In this document: positions 23,222 to 24,000 of the stretch, in pieces
How positions within the stretch are numbered: the first letter of the stretch is position 1
Layout of the letters: every line of letters starts with the position of its first letter
Origin: Roseivirga sp.
Lineage (GTDB): Bacteria; Bacteroidota; Bacteroidia; Cytophagales; Cyclobacteriaceae
NCBI RefSeq assembly: GCF_965216855.1
Contig: NZ_OZ244204.1
Span: forward strand, 60,855-84,854
Direction of reading: 5' to 3'
Length of the DNA: 24,000 bases
Program-made: the position numbers and the translations under genes
Notes under the pieces: generated by a model
Seen by the model: the letters and a program-made list of their open reading frames with translations, nothing else
The model's database searches: none
What the model was told of the DNA's origin: nothing

Positions 23222-23288
23222 TCTTCTCACTCTTCATCATGAAAACATGCCTTGTCCTGAAACTAGGCCTGCGCTTCACTTACGAATT

Positions 23289-23340
23289 CTTCAGCAGCTG
23301 CCACAATCGGTGTCTCACCGATTGATTGAAATGGTTGAAG
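23289..23340 (+). repeat. The same nested inverted repeats in repeat unit 2
   Basis: Outer stem: cttcagc (23289-23295) pairs with gttgaag (23334-23340). The A-to-G change relative to unit 1 keeps pairing only as G.U on a plus-strand RNA. Inner palindrome caatcggtg-tct-caccgattg at 23304-23324 is identical to unit 1. Confidence 0.5.
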
Positions 23341-23478
23341 TCTTCTCACCCTTCATCATGAAAACATGTCTTGTCCCTAAATAGGTCTGTACTTCACTTG
23401 CCAATTCTTCTCGGTCAGGTAATTCTCCTTGATATATCTGCCTAAAATGGCTATTTAGAACCATCAATTATAACTCCT

Positions 23479-24000
23479 ATGAAATTCAAATCAGCACTTT
23501 TTGGCGCATTGGTACTTGTGGCTGCCTGTCAGGCTCCACAAGAAGAACCTAAAGCCGATTTCAATGTAGACTATGAGAAATTCGAACTAGACAATGGTCT
23601 GGATGTAGTTTTTCATGTAGACCGCTCAGACCCTGTGGTGGCAGTGGCCTTAACAGCTCATGTGGGCTCTGCTCGTGAGAAGGAAGGCAGAACCGGCTTC
23701 GCTCACCTGTTTGAGCACCTGCTCTTTCTTGAATCTGAAAACCTTGGAAAAGGTGGTTTGGATAAACTGAGTGCCCGTGTGGGTGGCTCAGGTGCCAATG
23801 GCTCTACTTCAAGAGACCGTACCAATTACTTCCAGACAGTTCCTAATGATGCCCTGGAGAAAATGCTTTGGGCTGAAGCAGATAAACTGGGCTGGTTTAT
23901 CAATACAGTGACCGAGCCTGTATTGGCTAAGGAAAAGCAGGTGGTCAAGAATGAAAAACGCCAGAGTTATGATAACAGACCCTATGGCCACACCAGCTAT
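23479..24000 (+). CDS. M16 (pitrilysin/insulinase) family zinc peptidase, lipoprotein; the 3' end runs off the window
   Basis: Absent from the ORF track because it runs off the edge. Hand translation from ATG 23479: MKFKSALFGALVLVAACQAPQEEPKADFNVDYEKFELDNGLDVVFHVDRSDPVVAVALTAHVGSAREKEGRTGFAHLFEHLLFLESENLGKGGLD...GSTSRDRTNYF. It carries a lipobox (VAAC) and the inverted zinc motif HxxEH (HLFEH, in frame at 23704-23718). Confidence 0.88.
   Translation, partial: MKFKSALFGALVLVAACQAPQEEPKADFNVDYEKFELDNGLDVVFHVDRSDPVVAVALTAHVGSAREKEGRTGFAHLFEHLLFLESENLGKGGLDKLSARVGGSGANGSTSRDRTNYFQTVPNDALEKMLWAEADKLGWFINTVTEPVLAKEKQVVKNEKRQSYDNRPYGHTSY

Larger units (their letters stand above)
23136..23410. repeat. 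119-bp tandem direct repeat: 2 full units plus a partial third, with a further degenerate partial copy at 22971-22998
   Basis: Unit 1 is 23136-23254 and unit 2 is 23255-23373, with 7 mismatches in 119 bp by my count. A partial unit 3 at 23374-23410 matches the first ~37 bp at roughly 75%. The stretch aaggtcagaagttccaggccaattcttc at 22971-22998 resembles the same 5' portion. Confidence 0.9.

Noticed and set aside
23239-23325. Small ORF spanning the repeat junction (MKTCLVLKLGLRFTYEFFSSCHNRCLTD, 28 aa)
   Set aside because: The next copy is truncated after 8 codons (MKTCLVPK-stop), and the upstream copy lacks the ATG. The reading frame is therefore not conserved between units and is probably fortuitous.
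23136-23410. The tandem repeat as a CRISPR array
   Set aside because: The units are 119 bp long and directly abutting with no unique spacers, and no cas genes are nearby. This is not CRISPR architecture.
23809-23991. Track ORF 23809..23991(-), 60 aa
   Set aside because: It is antisense to the M16 peptidase gene, which has the HxxEH motif in frame.

Overview
This 24 kb window looks like chromosomal DNA from a marine Bacteroidota genome of the Cytophagia/Flavobacteriia type. That placement is an inference from gene content: lipoprotein GH16 enzymes, a Y_Y_Y/LuxR regulator, a PadR-FtsX pair, no Shine-Dalgarno motifs, and TAnnTTTG-like -7 boxes. No rRNA, tRNA, CRISPR array, transposase or integrase was seen.

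Layout:
(1) 1-8590. A minus-strand beta-1,3-glucan (laminarin-type) operon runs small lipoprotein, GH16, sugar-porter MFS, then a GH16 with a CBM-like module that is truncated at the window edge. It sits beside a membrane-spanning propeller/Y_Y_Y-LuxR regulator, a LacI regulator and a fused Fe-S/CDGSH protein.
(2) 8699-14238. An HExxH DUF922-like protein, a DEAD-box helicase, an orphan 195-aa protein with a gpD/VgrG-hub-like sequence pattern, and a translationally coupled PadR + tandem-FtsX permease pair preceded by a perfect 15-bp direct repeat.
(3) 14239-16619. What looks like a decayed accessory islet. It holds a small membrane protein, a RebB (R-body/killing-trait)-like protein, a 3' fragment of lgt, a parD antitoxin with a parE toxin killed by an in-frame TAG, and a second shorter lgt-tail remnant.
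(4) 16620-18633. A membrane protein plus a second, longer DUF922-like HExxH protein.
(5) 18659-22903. lpxB, then a cNMP-domain histidine kinase, then a response regulator fused to a glutaredoxin-like and a thioredoxin-reductase-like body in which both canonical CxxC motifs are replaced. This is my top candidate for an uncharacterised system.
(6) 22904-23478. A divergent intergenic region with a 119-bp tandem repeat carrying nested inverted repeats.
(7) 23479-24000. The 5' part of an M16 zinc peptidase.

All family assignments come from motif reading and memory. No database search was run.
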